From: Vermamoeba vermiformis
Taxonomy: Eukaryota
NCBI GenBank assembly: GCA_045837725.1
Contig: JBEWZL010000175.1
Span: forward strand, 62,001 to 126,000
Direction: 5' to 3'
Length of the DNA: 64,000 nt
Shown: positions 25,849-39,030 of the stretch, piece after piece
How the letters are laid out: each line of letters begins with the position of its first letter
Numbering within the stretch: the stretch's first letter is position 1
The notes under the pieces: model-generated
Databases searched by the model: none
Told to the model about the DNA's origin: nothing
The model's input: only the letters and a program-made list of their open reading frames with translations
Position numbers and translations under genes: made by a program

Positions 25849-28249
25849 GCTTGAATAGATAGCTAACGAATCGTTATGTTGACTATTGCAATCGCGGAGA
25901 AAAATAACCCGATCGTACGTGTCAAAGATTTTTTTGAATTGAATCTATCAAGCGTCAGTAATTGCTCAATGTTGATCGGGTTTCTGGCTGCCATGGTTGC
26001 GCCTGGACCACTCGAATACTGGCGGTTTATCATCAGCGTACTTAACCAGAACGCGAATAAAGATTACCCCGCGCAGTGCCATTTTGCCACTTTTTTGACC
26101 GTTGCGTTTCAACAATTGACTCGAGATTGTACAAATAATGCTAAAGCATGTCTGTTGACCGTGTAATGGAGTTAGTAGAGTAGAGGGAAGGCCTTCCAAA
26201 GCCCTCAATGATTGGGATGCACAACCTCCCGATCAGCTTTTCTAAAAAAAGTAAGTCATCAAGGTAATCGAATGTCGAACTATCAATAAATATTGATTCA
26301 TTAAAGCAAAGCCGATTATTTTAATTTTATGTAATTTAGTATGAAATTTTTATTTAAAAGGTTGTTTGGCTATTTGACGCACCCAAAATACTGGCTTACT
26401 TAACTACTTTGAAGCCATAATTTTTTAATAATTTTTATAGCCTGTACGCGTATTAAACTCTTCCTTCGATCAGATTCTGTCTACGTACACCCACACCCGA
26501 GGCTAGCAAGGCTAACAGCGTAAGGCAAGCAATATAGAAATGGCATTCATTGCGTTCGAAAGATTCGCCCGGCAATAGTGTTGCTCGAACCTTTGATAGT
26601 GCGAGACTCTCTCTCGCCATAACTTTTGCAACGGTCTATTTTGCTCAACAAGCAGCAACAACGAGCAGCATTGGCAACTTCATGATCGGTTCGATTAATC
26701 GATAATAATCGGAAAGACTTGAAATTTTGGTATTCCAGACGCTGCACAAGCAGTAAGTGAGGCAACTTGGCAACGAGCAAGGATTGCTTCGTGGATCTTA
26801 TCCACGTTATACAATTCTCGATCAGAATATCGCTCGGCTTTACTAATTATGGTAAGGTTTATTTATTTTATGGGCTTGGCCCTGAGATTTAAAATAATTT
26901 TATCATGTATGCGCGACCGTTGGCCGAAAAACAAAAAAAACACATAAAAAATCGGTAGAATCACATTTATAATCCAAAATTAACTCCGTTTCACGTCTTA
27001 TTTTTAGATTGCTTCTTTAGAACACTAAAAATACCAAATTAAACGACGAACCAATTTTAATTAGATCTAATCGTTTTATTTATAGAGCGGAAGGTAGCCG
27101 TTGTCTCGCCGCCTTATACATGACTCCCAATCGGTCCTTAGCCATCCTACGCTATTACTAGCGTTGATTTTGGAATTCCTGTCACGGCGCTTGATCCGGA
27201 GTGAAAAGACGAGAGGGACCTACATAGGTCGTAATGGAAGAATGGCGCCCTTGTCAAAGCTTGTGATAATGCATTGGTAAGTGTTTTCGGACTTGCAAGA
27301 ATCAAATTCTTGAAATTACTAAATTTGGTCAATCGCTCACGTTCCAATAATTCGAAGTCTCAAATTGGTCCCTAATGCCTTCTTTTATGACATTTGGTGT
27401 GGAGTACATGTGTATCAAACTATGCAAGCGAGAAATCCGCAAAACGCGTAAAGCAGATGCTAACTGTCAACGCGTACTGAAATTATTAAATTGTCAAAAT
27501 TTATCGTCGGAGATTTAAATCGTTACGTCGATAGCAATATACGCTTTCATCTATCATTTAAGAACGAACGTTCGAAAAACATTATGAAGAGTGGGCTGTT
27601 CTAAAAATAATTTTCCAAACGGAGAAATTTAGCTTGAACACTTCTTTGCCAAAATTACCTTTAGCAAATTTCAACGAGCCTTCCATTCAATGTTTCGGTA
27701 TTATAATAATGTTGTTGTTATTGGCAGTTTTGAATCGGCGGAATATGCGATAAACGTGCCATGAATTTGGACGGATCCTTGAGCGAAATTCAGAAGTCCA
27801 CTCATAGCTAGCGGCTAAGGATGATTGCAATACGCGAAATTTAACTAAAAGCTTACGGTTTACTGGAGGTATACTAAATTCCAGACCGGCAATGACTTAG
27901 AGTTTAGATCTTACTTAATTTCAACACGTCATCGTTACTCGAGTCATTAAGCGGAGTTTTTTTATCGGCCGTAAGCGGACATATCTTAAAGCGCTCTAAA
28001 TTTAGGAAAATTCAACATTTAATGGCAAACGTTGCGTAAAACCTGTCAAATCTCCAGCGCGAGATTTTGGCAAGATAAAAGCAAAAAAAGTGCGCGAAAT
28101 TCTTATTACTATTTTCAAGAACAGAAACGAACACCACGTAAGGACACGCGGGACTTTCATATTTGCATAAAGTTCTCGCGTCTATCCTAAGGTTCCTACT
28201 ACTATTCGGTATTGATTCTCAATCACCTCTTATTCTTCCTTCGATCGAG

Positions 28250-29599
28250 ATGTCAAACCAGTACCGAATCTCCAACAACTTGCTTGGTGAGGGTAGCTTC
28301 TCAAAGGTCTACCTCGGCTTCGACAAGAAGACCAACAAGAAGGTCGCCATCAAGATTGTGGACTTAATCAATTCGCCTAAAGGCACCACGCAGCTTCTTC
28401 AGCGCGAAATCCAACTTATGACGAAGATTCGAGACCAAGAAGGCTTTGTTCGTGTCATTGACTCATTCGAAGACAACAAAGGACGCTTGTATATCGTTAT
28501 GGAGCTTCTTCATGGAACTCTTTTTGATTTGATGAAATTCAGAAGAATTTTGTCTGATTTGGAGGCAAAGTCAATATTCCGTCAAGTAGCGGAGAGAGTG
28601 CGCGCCTTACATGATCAAAACATTGTCCATCGCGATATTAAACTCGAGAATATCAGCATCCACCAGCAAAGATACAGGTGAGCGTTAATGAATTTGATAT
28701 GAGAATCAATAAATTCAATGAAGTGAAACGGAGTTGAAAAGATACTAATCAAATCTTATATTTAATAGAGAGTCTCTTTTGTTGACCGAGTACAAGGTTA
28801 AGCTCGGCGATTTTGGATTTGCAACAGAGATTAGCTCAGCGGATGAGAAGTTAACTGAATTCTGCGGTACTCCTAGCTATGCGGCTCCCGAGGTAAATAA
28901 TCAAATACCAATTGTATATACCAATTTATGGGAACCCGCAAGACCCCTTATTTAACCGTTTACAATGAATGCTTCATAATTCGTTTTATTCCAATTTAGG
29001 AAAATTACGTTAATTACAACCCAAAAACAATTTTTATGGGCATCAAAACGCAATCTAATCATATTTCTTTTCTATAGTTGGTCGCTGGCACTCCCTACGA
29101 TGGAAAAAAGTCGGATGTCTGGTCTTTGGGCGTCTTGCTCTATACTTTGGCCTGCGGCAAATTCCCCTTCTCAACGACTCGCACTGGCAAGCCTTACGAG
29201 GCGATTTTGGTCGATTTGTTCTCGAAGATTACGAATCAGGCCGTCAAATTCCCTTCCAAGCTCGATCTGTCATCCGATCTTCAAGATTTGCTCTTGAAGA
29301 TGCTCGACAAGAACCCTGAGACTCGCTACTCCATCGAAGAGGTCTTGGAACACTCATGGCTCAACGAGGAAACCATTTCCGACGTCATCAGTGACGTGGC
29401 CATGTCGCCACAACCCACGCACAGATCTGAGATTATTCTCGGAGAAGAGAAGAGTGATGGTCTTGAATGCACCTCGGACGACTCTGAACGCACCGAAAGC
29501 ACGACTACTTCACCTTCTTCTGCTCACAGCTATCAATCCTTTCGCGAGCAGGTCAAACGAGATGGGATTCCCACCGTCTCGGGTATTGGCCGTTGCTAA
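28250..29599 (+). CDS. Ser/Thr protein kinase, CAMK/CAMKL group, 3 exons
   Basis: [44 protein letters not shown]. Confidence 0.93.
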
Positions 29600-30300
29600 G
29601 GAACTGTATCATAGCGATAGCGAGTCTTCAATGTAATTAGTTGTAATATTACTTTGCGAATTCTGTTGTATTTTTAGCTCACATTTTTGACTCGATCCAA
29701 AAAGCGATCGAATAAACCCTGTAAATAACTTCCCTCCAACTTATAGTCACTTCTATTCTTACTTATTAATAAGGATCTTGAGTTGTTCCGGTGCGCAATA
29801 GATCCGCGCAACCATTGCAAGTTAGTACAAAAAGCGAAAATTTGGAACATTCAATTGCCTATTATTCGGAGTACTTCCGCTGCGTGAATAAGGCGTTCCT
29901 GGGACCTCATTAAAGCAAACCAAACGGAGTTCCTTGCGACAAACGCGAGCAGAGAAGCCGATGTTAGAGAAGAACCTGAAGATCTTTCGTTTATAATCAT
30001 TTGATCTTAAAGCCTTGAATTGCAACCACTATTGTCATAAATTTCAATCAATTGCTCGCTGTAGAATGTCTTCAAAAAGGATCTTAAAGCGCAATTAACG
30101 TTCAAATTCAAAAAAGAAAAGCATAATCTGCATTGCAATTGCTTCACCAAAAGCTTGATATTTTGCATTAGATTAATTGTGATTGCCAGTTGATAACTAT
30201 GCTTGTTGTTGTGGTGTTGAGACAGTGAACAGAAGATCAAAAGCCCGTGGCCAAAATCTTGGCACCATTAAGCTACCAACCTATTACAAAAGAACAAGCA

Positions 30301-32697
30301 ATGGTTAATGTGCTAGGATTGGGTATTGTTGGTCTGAGCTTTGTTTCGGTCTTTGGAAGCATTGGCATCGTGTCTTGGTGGCTTTTGAAAGCTCTGCATC
30401 CAACTACGCCAAAGTACGCTAAATAATTGCTAAAAAATTCAAATAATATTTTTGCACGGGTAATTAATGATATTAACTCAAAATAAGCATTCTGCGTTTC
30501 TGATCAAGATCAGATCTGTCATCTGAACCCTTTCTAATTTCACAAACGAGCGATTATAACGTCTATTATTTAATAATAATAAATTTAAACGTCCCCAAAT
30601 ACATTCCAGTCAAATTTTAAACATTCTTAGCTCATCTAGACTAACCCATTTATTTATAGGCCCTTAACAGCTCGACAAAAGCAATTAGCACCAGTATTGA
30701 TAGCAGTGAGTCTAGGAACATTTTTCTTCTATGCACCCGTGGCACTGGATGCAGCCGTAAACACCGTGGAATTGATCGGAACACTGCCACTCGTGACCAC
30801 TGAAGCACAAGGTAAAATCGTCAGCGGAGATTTGTTAGATATTATTCGATATTACGAGTAGCCTCTGTTAGAAAAGGAATTGCGGCTGTTCGTTTAATGA
30901 TTGAGAAAATTGATCCGTCGGAAAAATTAATTCCGCCTTACGGACGGATCAACTCAAATATCCATTTAAAGCAATACTTTGCCTTAATTGTTTACTAACA
31001 TAGTAATTATCGCTATATTAAGCTTTTTTTTCGTTGCAGATCTGTTCGCGTCGCTTTGGATCGGAGATACAAACGCAGGTAGGAGACCAATCCACAAATT
31101 AATAATATTTCCTCATAAATATCTTCGTACATACTTATGAGAGCGACATTAGATATTACTGCGCTATTCTCAACATTATTGTTCCGTTCCTTATTTAACC
31201 GTCATACTTCAGAAACTCTATTGTGGCCAAAGCGAGATCTGCTCAAATATAACGACTTGGGACACGTGGATGTGCCGAGACTAATTGAAGGCAATGTAGC
31301 TCTTCAAGGTTTTTCGGTCGTTACGCGAGTCTGGTTATTTGCCGGGGATGCGGGTGTGAGCGAACCACCTAAAGGCGTTACCGACGCAGTCGCTATTAAA
31401 GCTGTAGCTGAGGTAAATATTCGGTTTACTTTTTAAGCTATTATTTGAATTTTAAATTGAACTGTCAACCATAACTTGATATTTTTTTGAAAGTTATTAA
31501 ATTTACTAATTGGTTAATTTGCTTATCGAAAATTAATTAATAGCAGTTAATTAATGTATTTTATTTAGATGTGGGGCGTTTGGCCCGTGTTTTCACTGCC
31601 TGAACGAGCCTTATATCAAATGAATCGATTGGATGTGTTAGAAAAGAGCTCTAATGGCACATTCCGCTTTATTAAGACTAAACAAGACTTGATTGACTAC
31701 GAAGAAGCTAGAAAAGTTAATAAGAAGATGACCGCGGGCTACTTAACTATTAAAGGTGCGTGTCCAAGTAGATCAGATCAATTTTCAAAGTGATCGGATT
31801 TGACCCGTATTGACTATTCATATAGGCCTTCATGTTGTTGGCAAGTATTTATCGAACATTGACAAATTAGTAAACGCTGGAGCCCGTGTAATGGTAAAGT
31901 CTAAAAATAGCACTTGATCGGATCGTACTTTGAATACTAAATTGAATGAATTTAGAGTCTCGTGACTATGTTCGACAATGATATCGCTGGTAGTGCACAA
32001 GGACAGGCTAAATCAGGTTTAACACCGTTTGGTCGCAAAGTTGTAGATCGGCTCGTTAAAAACAACGGTAAGTAGATCTTGAAAATAATATGTTAGTGCC
32101 ACGCTAACACTATACAGTTATCATCGACGTATCACACGCTTCAGAGGCGCTATTAGACGACTTAAATTCGATTTTCAATGAGAGTTTTCCCGTGCCATTA
32201 ATAAGTACCGCATCTGGCATTGACAAAGTGTGCCAACATCACCGAAATTTGAAAGACAAGTAGGATAAAATATCGGAATATATTATGTACTAACGTAGTA
32301 TAGATATATCAAGATGATTGCTCGTAGTGGAGGTTTTGTCTCGATCTCGTACTACGCTCCATTCGTTTGTGGCGACGATCGCTTTGCTAGGTACGAATGA
32401 AACTAACTAATAATATTATACTAACGTTATATTAGTATCATTCAAAGCATTCGATACGTTGTCAAATTGGTTGGTGCAAAACACGTTGCTTTAGGATCCG
32501 GATTTGATAGCATGCATTCGGTACAGCCACTTTAAAAGCTTTTAAGTATCGTACTAATATTATCTTAGACGCCAATCGATGCTTCAGATATGAAGTACAT
32601 CGTTCAAGGACTACTTCATGCCGGTGTTTCTAAATCTGACATTGCGCTAGTTATGGGCGAGAATTTGAAGAGTTTGCTAGCGAAATATTTGCCTTAA
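30301..32697 (+). CDS. Membrane-anchored peptidase M19 (renal dipeptidase family) homologue, probably inactive
   Basis: Two N-terminal hydrophobic segments; LLWPKRDLL..GHVDVPRLIEGNVALQGFSVVT; GLTPFGRKVV; IIDVSHASE; RNLKD; HVALGSGFD; VMGEN. Confidence 0.85.
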
Positions 32698-32865
32698 CAA
32701 GGTCATGTAAATACGATGAGCGATACTTTACCTAAATATGAAGTTTAAACTGTCCTTAATTGTTTGGATCAAGCATTGCGAAATTACAGTTTAATTTGTA
32801 ACGGAAACTTTATTTTATTAGTATTTATAATTTTATACAAAACTACCATTCCAACGCGAGTTAAA

Positions 32866-34013
32866 TTAATTTCTGTACTCATCGCCGCAGTCTCCAGCTG
32901 AAATACAAAAAGTTAACTAACGTCTCAACTACACGTCGTTCGACAATAACTTACGCAAAGGATTTCCTTTCTTAACCACTGCTTCAATAGCTGCTTTATC
33001 TTCGGCATCGAGAGTGAACTGAAGTGTTTTCTTGTTGTCTTCAATGTGATCACTCAGACCTGGTCTAATGCCAACAATAACTCCGCCGACACATGGCTGA
33101 TCCAGTACATAGCGCCTAGTAATAAGAATTTCAATAAGAAATCGTCTTGATTTTCATACGAAAGTAGCAGAGATGTTGGAAAGTGTCAAGGTGAATAAAA
33201 AATTGGAAATTTCAACCTACATGGCGACATTGGCAATAGAAACTGAATGCTTATCAGCGACTTTTCTCATTGTTTTCAATAATTCTTGGAACAGCTCCCA
33301 ATCGTTGCCAGACCATTGCTTCACGAAGCGGTAGTACTTCGATAACGACCACGTATCTTTTTTCAGATCGCTTTCCTTGACACCCAAGTACCTAAAAAGG
33401 AAATATTAGTACGAGTCGGGTGATGGATATGAATATCAAGTCACGTGCTTGTCACTCAAAAGTCCTCCGAGAACGGTGCCGTAAGCCAACAACTTGATGT
33501 TGTGTTGTTGACAGAATGCAGTCATGTGCTTCATAGGACGAGTATCGATCACTGAATATGAGACTTGATTGGACACGATTTCAACGCCGCTGTCAACGAT
33601 CTTCTTCATGTGCACCGTGTCGAAGTTGGTCAACTAAAGAAACGAACATTAGCCATTAATCCCTTCACTAGTGAATATATTGGTGCGTACGCCTAACAAC
33701 TTGATTTTGCCTTCTTTTTGCAGGTCTTTCATGTGTTTCATTGCGTTCAAGTATTCTTCGTTGTCGTACTCTACGAGCTGTTTAGAACTACAAGGGATGA
33801 AATTCAAAAGGTTTTGCGTCGTACCCCACCAATGGAATTGCAACAAATCAATGCACTCAGCATCCATTCGTTGCAATGAGATATTAATTGCCTTTTCAAC
33901 GACCGAACGCGTCATGGGACCAGCGCGAGGGACCCACTTGGTGAATGTTTCGATGGACTTGTTCGATTTTGCGAGGGACTTGCGTGCTTGGCCCATCAAG
34001 ATCTCGGCGGGAC
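32866..34013 (-). CDS. Aldo/keto reductase; 5' exons missing
   Basis: GPAEILMG..FTKWVP..ISLQRMDAECIDLLQFHWW, TNFDT, NQVSYSVIDTRP, LLAYGTVLGGLLSDK. The N-terminal catalytic Asp/Tyr region is not found upstream. Confidence 0.85.
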
Positions 34014-34019
34014 CTGTTA

Positions 34020-34145
34020 AAAAAATATTTTGTGGGTTGGTTTTTGATTTTTTTTTAAAAAGAAATTGTTTTAAAATTTTTTTTTTTTTTTATATAAAAA
34101 AAAAATATTTAAATAAAAATTTTTATATTTTTATTGAAGTTTTAA
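34020..34145. other. Low-complexity poly-A/poly-T block, probable consensus or assembly defect
   Basis: Almost pure A/T homopolymer runs directly upstream of the truncated AKR. Confidence 0.6.
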
Positions 34146-34262
34146 TTGCGCCATCGCGTGAGCTGAAAACCTTTTGCGACCAAAAATGGAATTCCAAAGA
34201 ACAGTTTAGCAATATGACTAAGCACAATGACTGGCGTATATGATAAATAATATTATTTAAGA

Positions 34263-35830
34263 ATGAAGTTTTATGCAACCTTCGGAGCTCTCACACTATT
34301 TGGTGCGTACTCGTTGATCAGGACATTGATCAGACGAGTCGTAAAAAAGCAATTTAATCCAAAAATGTAAGTACTAAAATATAACAAACAATATGAATTT
34401 ATATTATTTATATTATTTATATTATTTATATTATTTATTTTATCTTACATCGTTATATAGCGAATTATTAAAATTTATTTTTCTCTAAAATGGCTGATCA
34501 GGCTCTAAATTAATTCAATCTTGTATTTCAGACCGCAACATCCACTATTGATAAGAGATATTCAATTGGAAATATTAAACATAATTTTGCGCGACGCATC
34601 TAGCAAAGACGAAGATCTAAATAATCTAGCACTCGTTTGCAAAGAATGGAACAAACTAATATGCAACGACCAAATATGGCTCAATAAGTTTCAAATATTA
34701 CTAAACAATAAGATCAATATAAACCGAGAAAACAGCCAAGAAATCAAGATCGAACAGATTAGATCTATTTTTGGATGTGTTTCAGATCTCTTACCACCTC
34801 GAACAGTTTATTATATATTAAGACCCAAGTTGAAGTTCTTAGACCATGAAGACGGTTCAGTAGCTAAATTTACACCGGATCTGATCCAAGTACCGCAAGA
34901 AAAAGTTTGGATGCCGTGGCTCAACCACAATATTATTCAACGACCTGATACTCTATGGAAGTTTATATATACAATTATAAGATACCCTCGTTGGATCTTC
35001 CCGATGATCAATTCTTACACGTGCAGCGGACACATGCCTTTCACGAAGCCAGATTCTTGTAACTCGAAACGATTTGACAAAATTTTGCTGATTATATCCG
35101 TAAGTACATATATAAATCCACAACTATAGATGCATTATCAGTTCTTATAATGATAAGAAGGATTTTTTTATTGCCAAAAATTTCGATCGGATCTTGCCAC
35201 CAACAAGTTATGCCGACAAAGAAATCATGTTTAGGAACTAATTTAGGCTAAAATAGTATTTTAATTATTAAATCTGAAAGTTTAATATAGTAATTTATCA
35301 ATATTATAATGATCCTACATTGCGTACGAAAGACTAATATTTTTTTAGTGCTTCTCAGTTTTGCCGTGGCTCGACATGGTGATATCAAACACACCGTCAG
35401 TAACTTTGTTATGGGACAGACCGATGTGGCCAATCTTTGCACAAATTCAAGCGTTTCTTTGCTTGATTTCAATGCAACTATTCGACAACTCATTCAACAA
35501 CAAAAGATTTTATCGGATCCGAGTAGCATTGGCGATTATAACGATGTTATTAACGAAAGGCCTAAAGTCGTCAATATATACATCGGTTCTCATATTATGC
35601 AAATTTCTGCCGGAAGAAGTGGCAAAACATTGGATCTTGCCGTTGATTGTCTTAATTATGGCTCTAATGATTTCGTACCCTATAGCGACAATACTGCTAG
35701 TTATTATGGCACTAATACTAGTTTGGGATTCTGTTGTTCGAGGCCTCAAAAACTCTCCGAGGAAGATATCTTACGCACGTTATTTTTTCCTGTTGAACAT
35801 TGCAACGATTTTGTGGGCGATGACAACTAG
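34263..35830 (+). CDS. F-box protein with N-terminal hydrophobic + basic anchor; 3' end uncertain (may extend to ~36043)
   Basis: Exon 1 MKFYATFGALTLFGAYSLIRTLIRRVVKKQ splices in frame to PLLIRDIQLEILNII..DLNNLALVCKEWNKLICNDQIW. Confidence 0.7.
34397..34440. repeat. Intronic AT-rich tandem repeat (TTTATATTAT x~4)
   Basis: Direct reading. Confidence 0.7.
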
Positions 35831-36117
35831 CGTAGCTTAATACGACAATATGTCAAGTATTCAAATTCGACTAGGATACTGCGTGGATCTAGATATTTAC
35901 AATCCTGGTAAATTCATCTGACATCAAATTCAGGGTCCGAATTCCCTGATGACTTCAAGATCCGAACGGTACTGCTGTACGATTTCACAGAAGCCGAAAG
36001 ATACTGCAAGATTATGAACAATAATAGTAATAATGAGGGTTAGGTTTTAATTAAGAAACATTGTATATAGTTTTGCTTAATGAACGGAGGTCCAATAAAT
36101 CGATGGTTTGAATTAGC

Positions 36118-37751
36118 CTATTGCGTCGTTCTTTTTTCACTTGGTCCACTGTAGATTGGTTTCACTTTTTCAGGATGAGCCGCTAAAAATACACGACCTT
36201 GTTTGCCAGGAGTGAATGATCTTCCAATCGCTTCGCCAAAGTTCTCCAGTGGATGCACTGATTCGAGTGCTGGCACTAATTTCTTCGAAACCATCAAGCC
36301 AATAAGCTCTTCGGTGATTTTTTTCACTTGTTCGGGAGTCTTCTTCGTCAACCAAGGCGTCACGACAAATCCTAAAATTTATTTCCTTATTAGGCAAGTC
36401 CAAGTGACCATTGGATCCATATTATATTTACCTTCAATCTTAGGAGTCTTTTGGAGCAATAATCCAACGGAAATTTGCACGTCAAAAGTTCTGCTCAACG
36501 CGCCAAAAGACAACACGTGACCGTGTCGAGCGAGTGCTTTGAGCGCAAAATCGAACGTCTTGCCAGCAACTGCTTCGAAAACTAAATATGAAATGTTAAT
36601 AAGTTTGCGGAGGACAAGAGTTCTATATGATAATTTACCAATATTGACGCCTTTGTTATTAGTAAGAGCGTTGACTTCAGCGAGGACTTCAGCTTCGTTG
36701 GATCCGTCAAAAGCAACCACGTGGATTTCAGCGCCATAACGAGCCTTCAATTCTTCGATTTGGGCCTTGCGACGAACCACGTTGATAAGTTTCAGGTTCT
36801 TAGCTCTAAAATTAACAAATTAAAATCATATAATTACATGAATGCATTCATGATTTTAAAAATAATTGGATCTGCCATTGGTAATTTTAAATTTAAACAA
36901 TAAAAATAAATTAATATATGACCAGTGTCCGTGATGTTATTAAAATACGCAAAATAGTTCTCCGTACTTGGCAAGTTCAATGACCATTTGACCGAGGACG
37001 GATCCAGCACCAGTTTGCATAATCCAATCGTCTTTTGACGGATTAGCGTGATCAATCAGCCCGTAGGCAGTGTAAGGATTGATCAGCAATTGTCCAGCGG
37101 CCGAGTCAGGAAGTGCGTCAGGGATCAGGAATGATCATGTCAAATGGCTTCTTGAGCACCACGTATTCAGACCACGCACCTGTCTATTGTTAGTAGGTGT
37201 CGGCTATATATATTATAATAATGTCGTACCTGCGTGCGAGAAGAATGCTACGCGCTGACCGACTGCGAATCCAGTGACGTTCTTGCCAATGGCGTGAATA
37301 CGACCCACACCTGTCAACTCGTTATTAGAGCACTGTATAGAAATACGAATTTACTAGAAAACATGCAAAGCTTTTGTTATCATTAAATAAGTTTTACGAG
37401 GTGGCTTGTAGAACGAGGTGTCAAAGTGTCAAATGACACGCCCACAGAACAAAAAGAATTTTTCGGATCTATCAGGACCTACCTTCGCATCCAGGACTGG
37501 CAGGAAGCTTAGGATGAGGAGGACCATAAGCAATAGGAATGCCTACCAAAAGTTACGTTAAACCTGGATCGGATCTTGAGTTTAAAAAACTTACCCATGA
37601 TGACCACGAAGTCGTAAGGGTCAATAGGACTAGCAATGACTTGAATGACTAGTTCATCGTCATTAGGACTAGGAACGCCATTGACTACTTCAAAGGAAAG
37701 AACTTTGGCAGGATCTCCGTGCTGATCGAACTTGACGCGTTTGTAAGACAT
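36118..37751 (-). CDS. Medium-chain dehydrogenase/reductase (enoyl-reductase / quinone oxidoreductase-like)
   Basis: HGDPAKVL, ASPIDPYD, PGCEGVG, GAWSEY, INPYTAYGL, QTGAGSVLG, FEAVAG, LSFGALS, GKQGRVFL. One +1 error near 37130. Confidence 0.88.
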
Positions 37752-37816
37752 GATATGATAGTGGAATATGTTGCTTAGTGTTAGTTGTTGAGTGAAAAGA
37801 AGATAGGACGAGTGCG

Positions 37817-38178
37817 CCTTAAATAGTTGCAGTTGTACGGTGTAACTCAAGGCGCGGTTGAAATTACGGAAAAATCACTCCGTTAAAGGAGCGGACCGCC
37901 GACGGAGAATTGGTTTTTTGTCACGCTATGAGTTTATTAGTATTATTAACCATAATATTTTGACTCCGTTTCGAAAGAAAAAAAATTTATCGACAAGATC
38001 TGCAGATTTGACTTTCCAGCAAAAAGCACCAAGCACGAGAACGACGGGATTTGATCTAAATATTTTCGTAATTGTAAATATTATTTATAAATTATATCCT
38101 AGAAGTAGAAGCGGAACTGAAGATTCTAGATCCAGGTTCTTGTGAGTCAAAAAAACACGTGTGCGAATATATTTAAGG
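37817..38178. promoter_or_regulatory. Divergent MDR/SnoaL promoter with two outward-facing TATTTAAGG TATA-like boxes
   Basis: CCTTAAATA at 37817-37825 (TATTTAAGG on the minus strand) and TATTTAAGG at 38170-38178, each ~50-70 nt before an ATG. Confidence 0.45.
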
Positions 38179-38226
38179 GTAGATTATGGTGTAAAGGCTT
38201 ACCTACATTCAACAAGTAACAAGCAA

Positions 38227-38634
38227 ATGCAAGCAAGTGAATTATTCAAGGCTCATCTCAAATTCATCGCGACAGATGCGCAAAAATGGCGAGATTTGTT
38301 TGACGAGAACGCTGTAATGGAGTTTCCGTATGCACCAACAATAGGAGCACCTGAAAAATACGAAGGAATTAATAATATATTCGCACACGTTCAAACAGCA
38401 GTAATTTCGCAATTAAAAGACGCGAATTTCAACAACATCCACATCCAAAGCATAAACGCGGAAAATTCAGTAGGAGAATTTGAATTAATAGCAACTGTTA
38501 AAGCTACAGGCAAGATCTACACTCAAAAATACATTGCGCTCGTGACAAGCAAGAACGGCAAGATTGTACATTTGAAAGAGTATTGGAACCCTCTTCAGGT
38601 CAAAAAAGCATTTGATAATTTACCCGGCCTTTAG
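38227..38634 (+). CDS. SnoaL-like / NTF2-fold (PhzA/B-like) protein, intronless
   Basis: WRDLFDENAVMEFPYAP..YEG..ATGKIYTQKYI..KNGKIVHLKEYWNP. Confidence 0.85.
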   Translation: MQASELFKAHLKFIATDAQKWRDLFDENAVMEFPYAPTIGAPEKYEGINNIFAHVQTAVISQLKDANFNNIHIQSINAENSVGEFELIATVKATGKIYTQKYIALVTSKNGKIVHLKEYWNPLQVKKAFDNLPGL

Positions 38635-39030
38635 ATCTTCGTGTAAAATGCAAATAAACTGTAATAAAAATAAATTTTAAAAATTCTCAAAGCCGTCCTC
38701 GTCGTTAAATGGTTGCTTTTTGTAATATACATATCAATAATATTATTATAATTGGCTTCAATTTCAGATAATAAAATGACAAGATCTGCTTACCTTCTGA
38801 TTTAGCATTAATAGCAGCTGATCTTTTGCGTGACTGTTTGTTTTTGCTAAATCACATTATGAAATGCATAGTGGTGTAATAGAGCAATAATAAGCCTTAT
38901 TTAAAAAAGCGCGGGCAGTTCTGGGTGTTTCACACTGTCGCCTGCTTCAAAGAAAAACGCACAAAATCATTATCTAATACGCACCACGCGCTACACCACC
39001 CTTGATATATTAACAGTGTTATATTTATGC

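Noticed and set aside
29822-30270. Minus-strand ORFs between the kinase and M19 genes
   Set aside because: No consistent frame or recognisable domain; at most a relic.
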